Notes under the pieces: generated by a model | What the model was told of the DNA's origin: nothing | The model's input: only the letters and a program-made list of their open reading frames with translations | The model's database searches: none | From: Octopus bimaculoides | Taxonomy: Eukaryota | DNA length: 64,000 bases | Assembly: GCF_001194135.2 (NCBI RefSeq) | Contig: NC_068997.1 | Location: 10,676,642 to 10,740,641, forward strand | Direction of reading: 5' to 3' | Program-made: the position numbers and the translations under genes | In this document: positions 24,868 to 38,804 of the stretch, piece by piece | How the letters are laid out: every line of letters begins with the position of its first letter | Position numbering within the stretch: position 1 is the first letter of the stretch

Positions 24868-24868
<1 letters not shown>
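24362..24868 (+). mobile_element. R4/Dong-like RLE LINE 3' coding fragment, subfamily 1
   Basis: LAQNEYKRRHDNIARIIHWRLC...KILW...KPDIMLIEK...CWITDITCPAD...KEERKVDRCY...VVVVPLIVGALGTV...HLQKTALL..SRIL. Confidence 0.9.
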
Positions 24869-25440
<572 letters not shown>

Positions 25441-25957
25441 GTTCTGATGCAATACCAAGTAGTGACTCTCATAGGTTTTGATCTTAACTGATTGGAAGTG
25501 TTATCATGCCCATATTTTGTCTTGGTGTAAAAGATAGGCTACAGCAAATTTTCTGCTCAGTACCACAGTACAGCTTGTCAGATGCTTGACCTGAACTATG
25601 TCCCTTAGTAGCTGACTATATTTACCTTTTTGATCACGAGCAGGAGTAGCGAGAGAGCATCATGAATTTTTTAGAGTTTAAATAATTAACTCTTGGAAAC
25701 ATGGGTTTTTCGGTCATCATCCTTAAAGAACCCTTATTCGGGGACCTTTTGAGTCTCTCGACTTGAAGAAAAATTCCAACTGGGACTCATCTGTAAGTTC
25801 ATGCGCTATTTATCTTGATATGAGGTCATCATGTCGGTATATACATGTTTGTGTCACATGTGCCTGGTATAACCTTATCAGACGGGTAGTCATGATGGTT
25901 TTATTGGGCTTCGTATATTTGCATCCCAGGGTCACTTTGAAGGCATGCGCTGCTCTC
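25441..25957. mobile_element. Non-coding interspersed repeat D (~520 bp)
   Basis: Reverse complement of 55106-55430 (e.g. TTTATCTTGATATGAG, GGGACCTTTTGAG) and of parts of 50168-51022 (e.g. ATCTTAACTGATTGGAAGTG). Confidence 0.8.
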
Positions 25958-26082
25958 AGACACCTAGGCTATTTAGGAAGCCTCTTGACATCTAAGGTTA
26001 CTTGTTGTAGCCCGATGTCAGGACTTTTTTCTTTTCCAACAGTCTAATCTGTTGTGCGTATATGAAACAACAGCAACAACAA

Positions 26083-26234
26083 CAACAATAAGGTTTTCTA
26101 CTCTGGGCACAAGGCCCGAAATGTTTGGAGAGGGGGGGGGGCAATCGATTAGAACGACTCCTGTACACAACTGGTACTTAATTTATCGACCCCAAAAGTA
26201 TGAAAAGCAAAGTCATCCTCGGCGGAATTTGCAC
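26083..26234 (-). mobile_element. SINE family A, 3' two-thirds
   Basis: TTCTACTCTGGGCACAAGGCCCGAAAT...CAACTGGTACTTAATTTATCGACCCC...CCTCGGCGGAATTTG. Confidence 0.85.
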
Positions 26235-26292
26235 AACATAAGTGTGGAAGATTGTATAATTGTAGAAAAAGAGTCTCTAATATTTATTTTCG

Positions 26293-26513
26293 TAAGGTGG
26301 CGCGCTAGCAGAAACATTAGCACGCCAGGCGAAATGCTTAGCGGTATTTCCTCTTTCTTTACGCTCTGAGTTCAAATTATGCCGAGGTCGACTTTGCCTT
26401 TCATCCTTTCGGGGTCGACAAATTAAGTACCAATTGCGTACTGGGGTCGATCTAATCGACTGGTCCCCTACCACTAAATTTCGGTATTTGTACCTAGAGT
26501 AGAAAAGAATATT
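26293..26513 (+). mobile_element. SINE family A, full-length
   Basis: Head TAAGGTGGCGCGCTAGCAGAAAC (A-box-like), B-box GAGTTCAAATT, central GCCTTTCATCCTTTCGGGGTCGAxAAATTAAGTACCA (resembles the conserved central motif of Sauria/Meta-type SINEs, from recall), tail GAGTAGAAAAGAAT. Confidence 0.9.
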
Positions 26514-27185
26514 TACTTTCGTATAAACTCTAATAATTTTAAGTTGATACATTAGTCTCACAAGTAACTCATTAGAAAGCCCAATATATCTAATCAAAAC
26601 ACTTTTTCTAACCACACGGATGAGCTACAAATAAACCCATTTCTGATAATAATCAGGGGAAAACAATTCCAGAAGTAATAATGCCACAACATTTGGTACA
26701 ATTATCATGACCTTAATATGCAGGAAACCAACCAAACACTATGCTTCACCTCGTGACCATCTTCAACCAAATGAATATATATCTTAACTGATAGTAATTG
26801 AGATATAATCCTTCCAAATAGGGAGCAGCTTCTCTAACCCCGGTTACGGCAAAGCTCCCCATCCCGCAACTTATACTGCTTTTGAGAATCCTGATATTGG
26901 GAATCTTGTTAAATGAATGTAAAAGATTCTTCTGAAAAACTTCCAGTATATATTCAACGTCAATGGTGAGAAAGCGTTCACGAAATTTCTCTAATTTTAT
27001 AGGGAATGACTTATAAGTAGTTCAAAATAAGTAGCACTTCGACGGGGTCATGACAGTAATCTAAATGATAAAAAAATATACATAGACTGCTCTTTGTATT
27101 TAGTAATGTTCTGCACTTTTGGCATCACAAATGTATAGAATATACACAGCTGCACATATATGTATGCGTGAGCAGGTACATATAT

Positions 27186-27186
<1 letters not shown>

Positions 27187-27268
<82 letters not shown>
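27187..27268. repeat. (CA)n microsatellite; similar tracts at 8865-8913, ~34857-34940 and 58921-58972
   Basis: Direct reading. Confidence 0.95.
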
Positions 27269-28372
27269 GGTTTGGTAAGTTTTAACGCATATGAATAAGC
27301 ACACACTCGCATATTGGTGAAAGAAAGACGATGAAATCTACGTAATCGTGTTTATAGTGTTGATAACGTAGAGCCTGTAGATATTCACACGAGATTATCC
27401 AATAGATGTCGACTTTGTAAACACAATCTCTTGTGTCTGTCTCGTTGATTAGATAAAAATAGTTTAGATGCAATCAGTAGCTTTTGATTAGATAAAACGT
27501 ACTTGTAAATATCTCATAGTTAAAACCTTCGTTGATCTTAACTTGATGCAGATATCCAATAACTGTAAAGACTAATTTGTTTAAAAACAATATACGTCGG
27601 GACATTCGCTTTAAACAATAAACATGATTCAATATTACTGAAATGTAACTTTATGTTAAGATATAATGTTTTTAGTTTATCTAAACTTCTCTTTGTCTTT
27701 CTTTAAATATTTTTTTTTCAGTGGGGACGTTTGTAAACATTAGAGTTAAATTTGAATTCTGTTAGTGATTTCAGTAATGAAATCTAAATTCAATTAAACA
27801 GGAATGAAATTTGATTTTTCTGATGAGGATTCTGACGCACAAATCAATAGGTCCCCTGCAGTTTGAATAACGAAGTATGTGTGATGGTCTATATTCTACA
27901 CATTAAAATGTTTAGGTTTCGTATTCTACAGACTTTATAATGGTTTATCAATTTCAGTAATTCGTAAACACAATGAATGTTCGAATCCTCGTTAATCAAT
28001 TTACTACAATAATTTTTCGTACCTATGATACGCTGCAATAGGTGATATCCCTGAGTGAGATATGCTTTGTCATTCTTTATATTAGATATGCCGTTATAGT
28101 GGAACATTTTCTGATGTGACCGCATAACGCTGTGTATTAACTTATTTTAACTTGGGAAGGTGATTCCACTGATTTCATGATAATCGGTGAAAGACGCACA
28201 ACACATTGGCAAGAATACCAATTAAGCTGTTACATTCGATCTTAAATACTTTGTGTTTATTTTGTTTTTCTACCGAAATCACGTATACACTTCTCTGTCA
28301 GATTCACCATCGAAAATACAGTGAAACTGTAATCGGCGCAATAGAAACCTATCACCAACAGCGGTGATAGTG

Positions 28373-28585
28373 GTTTCAATTTTCGGCACAAACCCAGTCG
28401 TTCAGAGGAGGGAGTGACTCTATTACAACGACTCCAGTACTCAAATGAAATTCCTTTTATCGACACCAAAAGGAGGAAAAGCAAATTCGACCGCAGCGGA
28501 ATTTGCACACGGAACGTAAAATCAAACGAAATACCGCTAAACATATAGCACGATGTGTGAAAGAATCTGTCAGCTCGCCATCTTG
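28373..28585 (-). mobile_element. SINE family A, diverged
   Basis: CGACTCCAGTACTCAA...TTTATCGAC...AAAGCAAATTCGACCGCAGCGGAATTTG...CAGCTCGCCATCTT. Confidence 0.75.
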
Positions 28586-28901
28586 TCAACGGCGATAACA
28601 TTAAATAAATGTTAAAAAGGATGAGGAAAACAATCACGAATTACACAGTACTCCTCGCGTTTAATGTGTTAATAATATTTACCTAGAGATAAGACATAAT
28701 AAGACTCACTGAATCTGGTCGTATATTCAATAAATTAGCCAATGTTGCTAGCTAATGTTTGATCCTGCCAATAACGGAACAGTGTACTATATATATATTA
28801 ATAGTAATACTATGACAACGAAAGAATGAATGAGACCTCGATATTATGTAAATAGAGGAATATGTGACAATTATTCGGTTGTCATAATAAAACTCTGAGT
28901 T

Positions 28902-29245
28902 TTAAAAGAACTTCAATAGAAGGAATTAGTAGTTTATTTTTTTAGAAGCTATTCTGGAGAGGGAGAGATATACAACGAATTAGACATAATGCAGAAAGTA
29001 TAAAAGGAAAATATGAAAATAAAAATACATGTTGGATGTTAAAGTTGCTGTTCCGTTATCCAAGACATGTGTTGTGCCGAATGGGTAAAGTATCGTCTTG
29101 TACGTAACATCTAACATGTATTTTTATGTTCATATTTTCCTTTTATACTTTCTGCACCATATCTAATTTCTTGTATATCTCTCCTTCTCCAGAATACTTC
29201 TAAAAAATTGAATTGTACTAATTCCTTCTATTGTAGCTCTTTTAA
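28902..29245. mobile_element. Foldback/MITE-like element with ~140-bp inverted arms
   Basis: 28902-29041 vs reverse complement of 29105-29245, roughly 85-90% identical by eye (e.g. GCAGAAAGTATAAAAGGAAAATATGAA exact); 63-bp spacer. Confidence 0.85.
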
Positions 29246-30561
29246 CTAGTCTCTGTTGATGGAATATCATTTAATTCCCTGAAACAGCTGAATATTAATT
29301 TTATCATTTCTGTTGCCCAATAGCAGATACCTAAAGTCAAAGACTGATACAACGGTAAAGTGCTGGAGTAAATATGCGAAAACCTAACAGCATTTAGTCT
29401 CTTTCTTCCGATATCACGTGCCTGCTGTCCTCAGTTATAATTTTAAATCTTTCAGATGTACAAATATACCAACCATTTACTGCGTCGGTTCAATCGAATT
29501 TTTACATCTCTTTTGCTACAAACAAACCTGACATTGAACCAATACGAGATAAAAAAAAATTGAATCACAATATCTAACGAATTATGATATATTTAATATT
29601 TCTATTCTATGGTTTGTTCAGTTATAGATGCCTTTCAGCTGATGTATGAAACTTGGTAAACGAGTTTTAGTTCGGGTAATAATACTGAATAGATGCGTAT
29701 ATAATCTTTTCAGAAAATATAAAAGATAATCATATTAGAATCCATGGGAAAACCAAATTAAATACAAGGGGCCATTGCTTGTAAATAGGTTAGAAACCCA
29801 TTCATATATGTTTTTCAAACATTCGGTGAATCGACGGAAATTTTTCAGAAGTGGTGTAATAGTTGAATCTGCATTATTTATTATAATATATAATAATCAT
29901 ATTCACTCTTTATTGGACGAAATGTAATTTCTAATTTGACCTTAGTACGTTGCCAAATTTAAACCGTTACATTTCGGCCATAGTTAAAGCGAAAAGATGA
30001 GTTTGTTAATTTAATTTAATCACAGAGACACTGACTGATGCTTTTAACATTTTAAATAGCGTTAATGTCAATAGTTGATTTGGCGAAAACTCAGATGGTT
30101 TGTTTCGGAGAAGAACTATTTCTGTTCATATGAAAATGTTCGTTTTTATTCTTCTTTACCGCATTTCAGAAATGCTGGAAAGTGCCAGATTTTCCAAAGA
30201 TATTTTATGTTCGAATTTGGAGTGTAGCCTAAGCATTTTCACTTATTGGCTAAGTGAAATACGAGTTTCAAATATTAAAGTTTCGCATTCGTTCATTATA
30301 TTTATTGCAACTACTTAAATCCAATTTAAGTTTCTTTCAGATCCTCTCAGTATTTTAAGTAGACATTGCCGTGTAGATGACAAGTTCGTTGGGCACCTCT
30401 GCCATTCCGGGTTCGATTTGACTCCGCAACTCACTGGAACGTGTGCTTTCCAATTTTCTAGTTTCTTCAGGCTGATAAATTAGTTGTGAGTGTAACTTGG
30501 TAAATTACAGGAGGCTATGTATGCATATACATTTTGGAATATATGTACATATCTGTCTATC

Positions 30562-30614
<53 letters not shown>

Positions 30615-30650
30615 GTCCTGTCTCTGTCTATCTGTATGCATGTATGTATG

Positions 30651-30688
<38 letters not shown>

Positions 30689-32451
30689 NNNNNNNNNNNN
30701 NNNNNNNNNNNNNNNNNNNNNNNNNNNNNNNNNNNNNNNNNNNNNNNNNNNNNNNNNNNNNNNNNNNNNNNNNNNNNNNNNNNNNNNNNNNNNNNNNNNN
30801 NNNNNNNNNNNNNNNNNNNNNNNNNNNNNNNNNNNNNNNNNNNNNNNNNNNNNNNNNNNNNNNNNNNNNNNNNNNNNNNNNNNNNNNNNNNNNNNNNNNN
30901 NNNNNNNNNNNNNNNNNNNNNNNNNNNNNNNNNNNNNNNNNNNNNNNNNNNNNNNNNNNNNNNNNNNNNNNNNNNNNNNNNNNNNNNNNNNNNNNNNNNN
31001 NNNNNNNNNNNNNNNNNNNNNNNNNNNNNNNNNNNNNNNNNNNNNNNNNNNNNNNNNNNNATCTTATATATATATAAATATATATATACACACATACATA
31101 TCTCTCTCATGCCCATCTCTCTCTCCACACACACACACACAAATACACATATATATATGGTGCGCGCGCGAAGGTGTGTGCTTGTCTGTCTGTATGTCTG
31201 TGTGTAAAACGGGCGAGAAAATCTCGCAAAATGTGCTTTTCAGGCATATTCCCTTTATATATTTTCTCTGCGTAGTGTTACATATTCCGTTGCTACAAAT
31301 ACTGTGAAGACCTCAATTGACCCTTTAGAAAATTGTGACCAATGTTGATATTTTTTTCAGAAATTATGATTTCAAATAAACAAATCAATAAATAAATAAA
31401 TAAATAAATAAATGTCTTTCAGACTTAGAAATCTCGATAGAAAGTTGAGCTGTTAATACGATTTATCGATAAGCCAACGGTTCGATAGTTGGAATCCTGT
31501 TACCAAAGGGATTATTCATAACATTGTTTTTTCCTCCCCTCATCTGTCACTCTTTCTTTCTCTCTTTCCCCTCTCTCCCCCTCTCACTCACTCTCTTTCT
31601 CTTTCTTTCTCTATGAGGCCAACATGCTGCAAAGAGTTAGCATGGAAAGATAAAATTTACCACAGAATGTAACAGGTGCATTGTACTCTTTTATTGTTTA
31701 AACAGTGATCATTTGTAATTACGTAGACTTAGAATCAAAAGTAAACAAATCAATACTATTGAGTCCTCCTTGGCATTATCGTGTATTTAATACTTAAGAG
31801 AGAGACCACGTCGATGTATCTTTAAAATCTCTCAGTACCGTATGTAAAATTATCAAAAGTCCTTTATCATACATTGTTGAAATTAAATCTCATAACAGGC
31901 ATGGATACAGGACGTACATGATTTATATTATCCTAAAATGTATACAGGTGTTGCATCTATAGGAGATTGTGGCATTATCTATAGTTTAATTGTTGGTATA
32001 TTTTACTTACACTTTCGTACATTTTGTTTATTGATAAGCCGTGTCTCTCATTTCCATGATAACACTCAGTATTTACAAGTATTTTGTTAAATGGTATTAA
32101 CCGATAAAAATTATAGATATAAGCCGCAGAGTTGTATAATTTATACCTCATTTCTGCATGCAATATTCATACTTGTTTTTGCCATGTTATTAATGAGGAA
32201 AATGGCGAAAATGTGATAACAAAACTAGATGTAACTTACTTCTGCACTCCATGAACCCTTTAAAATTGTTTGCGTGCACCTGCAGTGAAAACTAAAACTT
32301 GACGTCATTCTTGCAATAAAAGAAAGAATAATCAATTTCGCGGTATACGACAAAAGTTAAACTTATTTTCAAAGTTTTGGTTTGACAATGACTCGAGTAA
32401 AATATCATTTCATGACTGTCCTTATTTCAAAGATAGATTATCACGCATAGT

Positions 32452-32576
32452 GAAGACGCGTGGCTCAGTGGTTAGGGCATTCGGCTCACGATCATAAAGG
32501 TCGTGCTTTCATTTCCCGGTGATGCATTGTGTCCTTGAGCAAGACACTTTATTTCATGTTGTCTCATTCCTCAAAC
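32452..32576 (+). mobile_element. tRNA-derived SINE head (fourth family, 5' part)
   Basis: GCGTGGCTCAGTGGTTAGGGCATTCGG (A-box), degraded T arm, then GTGTCCTTGAGCAAGACACTTT, a motif common after tRNA heads in invertebrate SINEs. Confidence 0.7.
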
Positions 32577-32587
32577 TCAGTTCCTCT

Positions 32588-33465
32588 GAGACATGCTCTC
32601 TACTAATTAGCAGATGTAACCTTTGTGATGATTGGTAGAATTTGACTGAATATACCGAAGTGTAAAACCGTCACTCTACACGTAAAAATTTTCGTTGCTT
32701 TTACGATCTTGAAGGAGCGATTGAGATGCGCATAAAGAAGTGTACGAGACATTATATTATCATACTTTTAGATTTGTCTGTACAAAATGATTTGCCAACA
32801 CCACACACAAGGCTGTCATTGTGCACAAGGTTGAGTGGCAGATTAAAAGCAGAATGAACACTCCTGTCATCTGTTACCAACGTTGTTGCAATTTCAAATG
32901 AGACAGCTGCATTAGCAAGCTGCTTGAGTGAACGGACATTTTGTCAATATTAGGTTCATCAAAATGTTTTGTCTGTTCACCCAGTAGCTTCGAGAAAAAC
33001 TATTCCTGCTGAATGAGGTGATGCCAATTATTTGGTCCGTCTATAAGTTTGTTTCATTTGGAACTGGAACCAAGCGTTATAAATTTTGGGGAACACACTG
33101 TTCGGATGCTGAATTTCATATCTGGTTGCACACAGAATTTATCGACTGAGATTTGCAGCTTGCAGTTTTTGTGTAAGCTTTGCCGTCCATATTGTTCGAG
33201 GTCGTTGCTAGATTATCGAGGATCAGTAGTTGGTTGTACATGGCAGATGTAAATCCTAGCTGTTGTCTTTTTGTTAATTTAATCTTGGTGTGCATGACAG
33301 AATATATCTTCTGTTCTTGTGTGGTTATATCAATGTTGCCGAGGGCTTGATAGCAAACTAGCACAGAAAAAGATAACATAGAAACCTTTTATCATGCCTG
33401 AAAAGAGATTGCAGCCTTATCTAGTTGTGTATCACTTTCAAGAAGCGTCTTCTTTGGCAAGATTA
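32588..33465 (-). mobile_element. Helitron Rep/Hel (PIF1-like helicase) relic
   Basis: Minus strand across frameshifts: LLESDTQLD, FTSAMYNQLLIL, GIVFLEATG*TDKTF/LMNLILTK/VRS (Walker A, cf. FFLDAPGGTGKTFL), AAVSFEIATTL...RSVHSAFNLPLNL (cf. AVASSGIAATLL..GRTAHSAFKLPLNL), FSQILPII...ACL (cf. DFRQxLPVI...ACL). Confidence 0.85.
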
Positions 33466-33565
33466 GCGATATTACTGCACATATATATCAAATAACTGTT
33501 ACTGGAATGAGAAAGAACCGAGGAGTGTTTATTAAATATTTGAAAGTTTCTCACTTAAAATATTG

Positions 33566-34036
33566 ATAGGTGCAGGAATAGCTGTGTGGTAAGAAGTTTG
33601 CTTCTCAGCCACATGTTTCCGGGTTTAGTCCAACTGCGTGGCACCTCGGGCTATTGTTTTCTACTCTAGCCTTGGACCGACCAGAGCTTTGTGAGTGAAT
33701 TTGGTAGACGAAAACTGAAAGAAGCCTGTCGCACACACACACACACGCGCTCGCACACACGCACTCGCACACACGCACTCGGACACGCGCACATATGTTT
33801 GTGTTTGCGTATGTGTGTCTGAGAATGTCTCCCTTTCCCCCATCGCTTGATAACCGATGTTCGTGTGTTTATGTCCCCATAACTTAGCAGTCGGTTCGGC
33901 AAAACAAACATTAAAATAAGTACTAGGCTTACAAAGAATAAATCCAGGGGTTGATTTGTTCGACTAAAACCCTTTATGGCAGTGCTCCAGCATGGCCGCA
34001 GTCAAATGACTGAAACATGTAAAAAAATAAAAGAAT
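33566..34036 (+). mobile_element. SINE family B, full-length with internal (CA)/(TG) tract
   Basis: tRNA-like head ATAGGTGCAGGAATAGCTGTGTGGTAAG...CCGGGTTTAGTCC, body GTGAGTGAATTTGGTAGACGAAAACTGAAAGAAGCC, tail CAGCATGGCCGCAGTCAAATGACTGAAAC; other copies at 10738-10896 and 53190-53254. Confidence 0.9.
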
Positions 34037-34099
34037 GCGTGGTTTCAACATAACATGCAAGACTGTAAATGGATTATATTTTAAATCTGTTACCTTTTG

Positions 34100-34436
34100 T
34101 GGCACTCCGTCGGTTACGACGACGAGGGTTCCAGTTGATTCGATCAACGGAACAGCCTGCTCGTGAAATTAACGTGCATGTGGCTGAGCACTCCGCAGAT
34201 ACATGTACCCTTAATGTAGTTCTCCGGGAGATTCAGCGTGACACAGAGTGTGACCGTGCTGGGTCTTTAAAATACAGGTACAACAGAAACAAAGAAATTG
34301 TGGTGAAAGTGTACAACAACGGTCGCCACCCCACTTGCCGGAGCCTCGTGGAGTTTTAGGTATCTTCGCCCAATAAACCATGATCCTACGACTACGAGTC
34401 CTCTGCCATAACCCCTGGGCCATTGCACCTCCACAC
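34100..34436 (-). mobile_element. tRNA-derived SINE family C, B-box region deleted
   Basis: Minus-strand head GTGGAGGTGCAATGGCCCAGGGGTTATGGCAGAGGACTCGTAGTCGTAGGATC (A-box-like); 3' terminal hairpin CGTCG-taac-CGACG. Confidence 0.75.
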
Positions 34437-34852
34437 GTTACCCTTACATGTGTTTATACTTTAAACATTTTACACTCTATGAATAGGACTAATTCATTTA
34501 TAAACTTAGAAATGTAATAAAACATTGAAGTTTACAGAGTACAATTTATTGAGCATGAACCGGAATATAAACAAATTTTAATAGAAAACATTAAAAATAT
34601 ATATTGTTTTCTATCTTCCATGACATTTGAAATCGTCTAGTAATCTTCAAAGATATGGTTTCTTTAAATGTGAACTTTTTAATAACGATTGCTTTCCAGA
34701 TATACTTTTCTCTGTCTTTCTGCTGTCTTTCTCATCCATCCATCCAAATATATGCCTGTCCTCACACCTATATTTGGCCTTCAGAACTGGCCACTACAAG
34801 AACTCATTGAAATAGGTGTTCGAACTTGTAACCTGCTCAGTGTTACAAGAAA

Positions 34853-34944
<92 letters not shown>

Positions 34945-35290
34945 GCGCGCACACAAACACACTCCCACAAACATTAACTCTATCACCAAACGATATAAAC
35001 AACTGTCTCACTGAAGAACTCCTATATAATTTCTGTCTATGAAATTTCGTTCATAGGGCTTTGATTAACCCATAGTGATGGTATATGCACGTATTGGATG
35101 CGAGGATTGGATTAATGACATTCCATGCATTTCTGAAAGTTGTAGTATAATTAGAGAAGAAACATATCTTATGTTGAGGCAGTGTTTTAGCTTCCTCTTT
35201 ACAAGCATTTATCCCTATCAATTGATCAACTTTTTAATCGTAATTTAAGAATTAGAAATAAGCCACATATCTATATGCTATATATTTGTG

Positions 35291-35332
<42 letters not shown>

Positions 35333-38300
35333 TTCTCCATTGTCTTAACTATGTTTAATAAAATTGTCGAATGTGCAAAGCTCAATTAATTAATTCAGCA
35401 TGGAATACACTTGGGATTTCATTGCGCATTAATTATAAGAAAAGCGACGGTAACAGCTCATTATTCTGAAATCGATTAAAATAACGAGGAAAATAATATC
35501 GAAGTTCAATAAAGTATATTCAAATTCGAATGTAAATACAATTCGCCATAACACCATATATAATTTTTGTATTTCTAAAATCAACAGAACTTAAAATTAC
35601 ACGCAAATATATTTGTCTAAAAGTAGCATATGCCAATAATTTTAAACTATTAACCAAATTATTCCTATATACACAATCACATGAAAATCCATCGATAAGT
35701 TTTAAACTATAGATCTGATTATTTACATATGGCGAAACAGCCCCAAAATACACTCGCACTTAATTTCAATTATTGATAAAATTGTTTACTCCTATATTTA
35801 TGATGTGTAGATCACTATGTAAGCATATATAAAACCTTTTAGAAACTAAGTTAACTATGAAATAACTTCTGTATGAAAACAAATAAATTTGCTTCATAAC
35901 TATGAAATAATTTTCTCAGGAAATTTTTTGTTTGTTTGTTTCCGATGTTCTATTATAAAATTGTTTGGTAGTTTATACCAGATTCTAATCATTTATTCTC
36001 TGCAAACAGTTAAATATATTTTAGTTTGCAAGAGCGAATATAAATCAATAATCAATTTTACCTTTGAAGTGACTACTAAATATTACAGTCGGGCTGTTGA
36101 AAAATCTGTTTAAACTGATAGCGTATAATGAATGCGAAGTATTGTGAAAGCTGATAGTAGTGTTGTATAGAAAATCGAATAAATATTTTCATGACTGAAT
36201 ACTTTAACAAAATATTTCATTCATTTATTCATAACGGGAACTTTTTTCTTTCAGGAAAGTAATATATCTCGAGAAATAAACCGTATTCAATATATAAGTG
36301 GAACATAGCTTTAAAGTGCAATGCTCCATTTGCTAACATTGTTTGGTAGTATCCAGCCTTGAATGCTTTGCAAATTTGTGATTTACTTACTGGTTACCAA
36401 AAGCGAAAGAAATTGAAGCTGAGCAAAGAAACAAAGTATATAACAGCCACAGGGTCAACAATATTCTGTAACCAGCGTTTCACTGATTTAGCGACCAAGG
36501 CAGTGAAATTCCAATGGTTCTTTCCATCTTGTCTTAATAGGTAGGTAGAAGTTATCGAATGACAGGACAACTGGTTCGAATGTTTTCATAAGAATTGACA
36601 CCACTAAGGACTCCCAAGCTAGGTAATGATGTCTAGGCGGCTAATAGATTAAGTTTAAAAAACTTAAATGTAGATATAGTACAAGGGAGAACAAAATATA
36701 ATTATTTTATGTTGCGAAAGAGAAATAACTGCCGCATAGTTCATATTGATATCGATTCTCAAACTGATATTATTGAACTTTTAAAGAACTTACCCATGTT
36801 ATTCTACATATATTTCACACATCAACTAAAGAGAACTATTGACAAAGACCAAGTCAATCTGTTGTTAAGAAGAAATGTTCTTTAAATTGCATTAAGTAAA
36901 ACAGAATGTTTTACTTTTAATGTTATAAAGGATATTTTTTATTCTTATGCACATGTCAGTGATGGCATTTAAAATAAGTTATTTGCTTCTACTTCTTCAA
37001 AAATTCCATTTAGTCTCTTATTAACCTCCATTCGATCGTTTTGTCCGGCGGCTAAATCTTATTAAGCTTGCACGGAGATCAGTGACAGATAGCATAAAGT
37101 TTCCAGTTGAAAAGTAAAAAAGGACAAGCAACCTTTAAACATAAAATTGTACCAGAGTCCTAAGAGACTAGTGATGATCGGCATGGGCAAATAGCATAAC
37201 AGCTTCACAAACTGGAGTTAGTTATTTCGCTGTGCGGAAGAGGCAAAACACCGGAGAAAAACTCTTCATTGGGGAGAAGGATTCGGGCAGAAACATTATT
37301 CTTTTCTTCTCCATTGTAAAATCATTCATTCATTCCATTTTGCGAACATGAATGCATGGTTTGGTTCTCAATAAAGAACCAATGATATTTTATATGCTAC
37401 GTGTAGTTATTAAGCTTGCTTTTTGTATCTTTTTGTCGAATATATTCTATCATTCCTAGTTGTAACCATCTTGCTACTATTGTAAGTATGTTTCCTCAAA
37501 GTTTAAAACCTACGTGATGTTTATTTAAAAAATGACAGTAAAGTTTCTTTACTTTGATTTAGTTGCCACAGTAGACAAGTTCACTAATTTTAGAGATGGT
37601 CTGTTTTACTTCCTCGTTGGTTGGTTGTTATCTTTGCATTTTCATTTTATTGATTCTATTTTCTAACTTAAACGCCAGAATACCGTGCATGGTTCACACT
37701 AAAATATCGACTTAAACTGAATAACAGAAAGTATATCTTGCAAGGAAAGTCTACAAATTTACTGACAACGGTAATCAAAAACAATTATAGTCACTATAAT
37801 CATAGAGATATTTTAGTTTATCATAGCATACACAATCTTATTTAGAAATTTAGAAGCATGAAGTTTAACACAATTTTTCCAGTTTAAGATGTATTTGAAA
37901 ATGAACAGAGAGACGTTATCAGTTTATACTTAAATGGTACAATTCAATGCTTATGATAAGCAGAAACTAGTGCGACCAACACTTTGTGTTTACAAACTCT
38001 GTATCTTTAACTATTTGCAGTCATCCAATCTAATTTATTTTCGAACAGGGCAACGACGATCGAAAGAAAGAAAATCACATCTTCGACATACTCTTTTGAT
38101 TATAGCTGACTTGAGCTTTAAATGGATAAATAGGTTTAGGAAGTAAGCAGAAATGCCGTTTGAAATATTGCCAAGATGTTAAATGGCGTAAAATGACAAT
38201 TGCTATGAAATACCGCCATGTTATTGTTCTTAAACAGTCGCAGGTGAAAATTTCACTCTTGTAATCTGTAAAGTGAAATGGTCGTACCTTTGCATTGATA

Positions 38301-38765
38301 ATCAAATCTAACGCTAATCAAGTTTTACTTTCAAGATAATAACCAACCAAACAGTTTTATTTTAATTCGAACTCGTAATAACTACTTATTGTGGAGTGGT
38401 TCCCTAAAATTTTAAAGCATAATAAAGCATTGTATTGTATTTTTTTTACATCGTTGGAAAAATTACTTAGTAGCCTAAACAACACTTAACGAAATTTGTA
38501 TTACAATGATATAATGTTTATGGAAATGTTGTTTGGACTTTTATTATACTATTGACATCTCATCTCTTATATTATACAAGTTTTATTTATTATTATGCAA
38601 AAAGTAGTCGACTTTAGAGGTGAAGTATCTCGTCTTGCATTAAAGATTACACATTAGAAAAAGCTGCCAAATAAATCTAATTATATATANNNNNNNNNNN
38701 NNNNNNNNNNNNNNNNNNNNNNNNNNNNNNNNNNNNNNNNNNNNNNNNNNNNNNNNNNNNNNNNN

Positions 38766-38804
<39 letters not shown>

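Noticed and set aside
32452-32520. Candidate tRNA gene
   Set aside because: No intact T arm or acceptor stem and it continues into SINE body; the same applies to the other tRNA-like heads.
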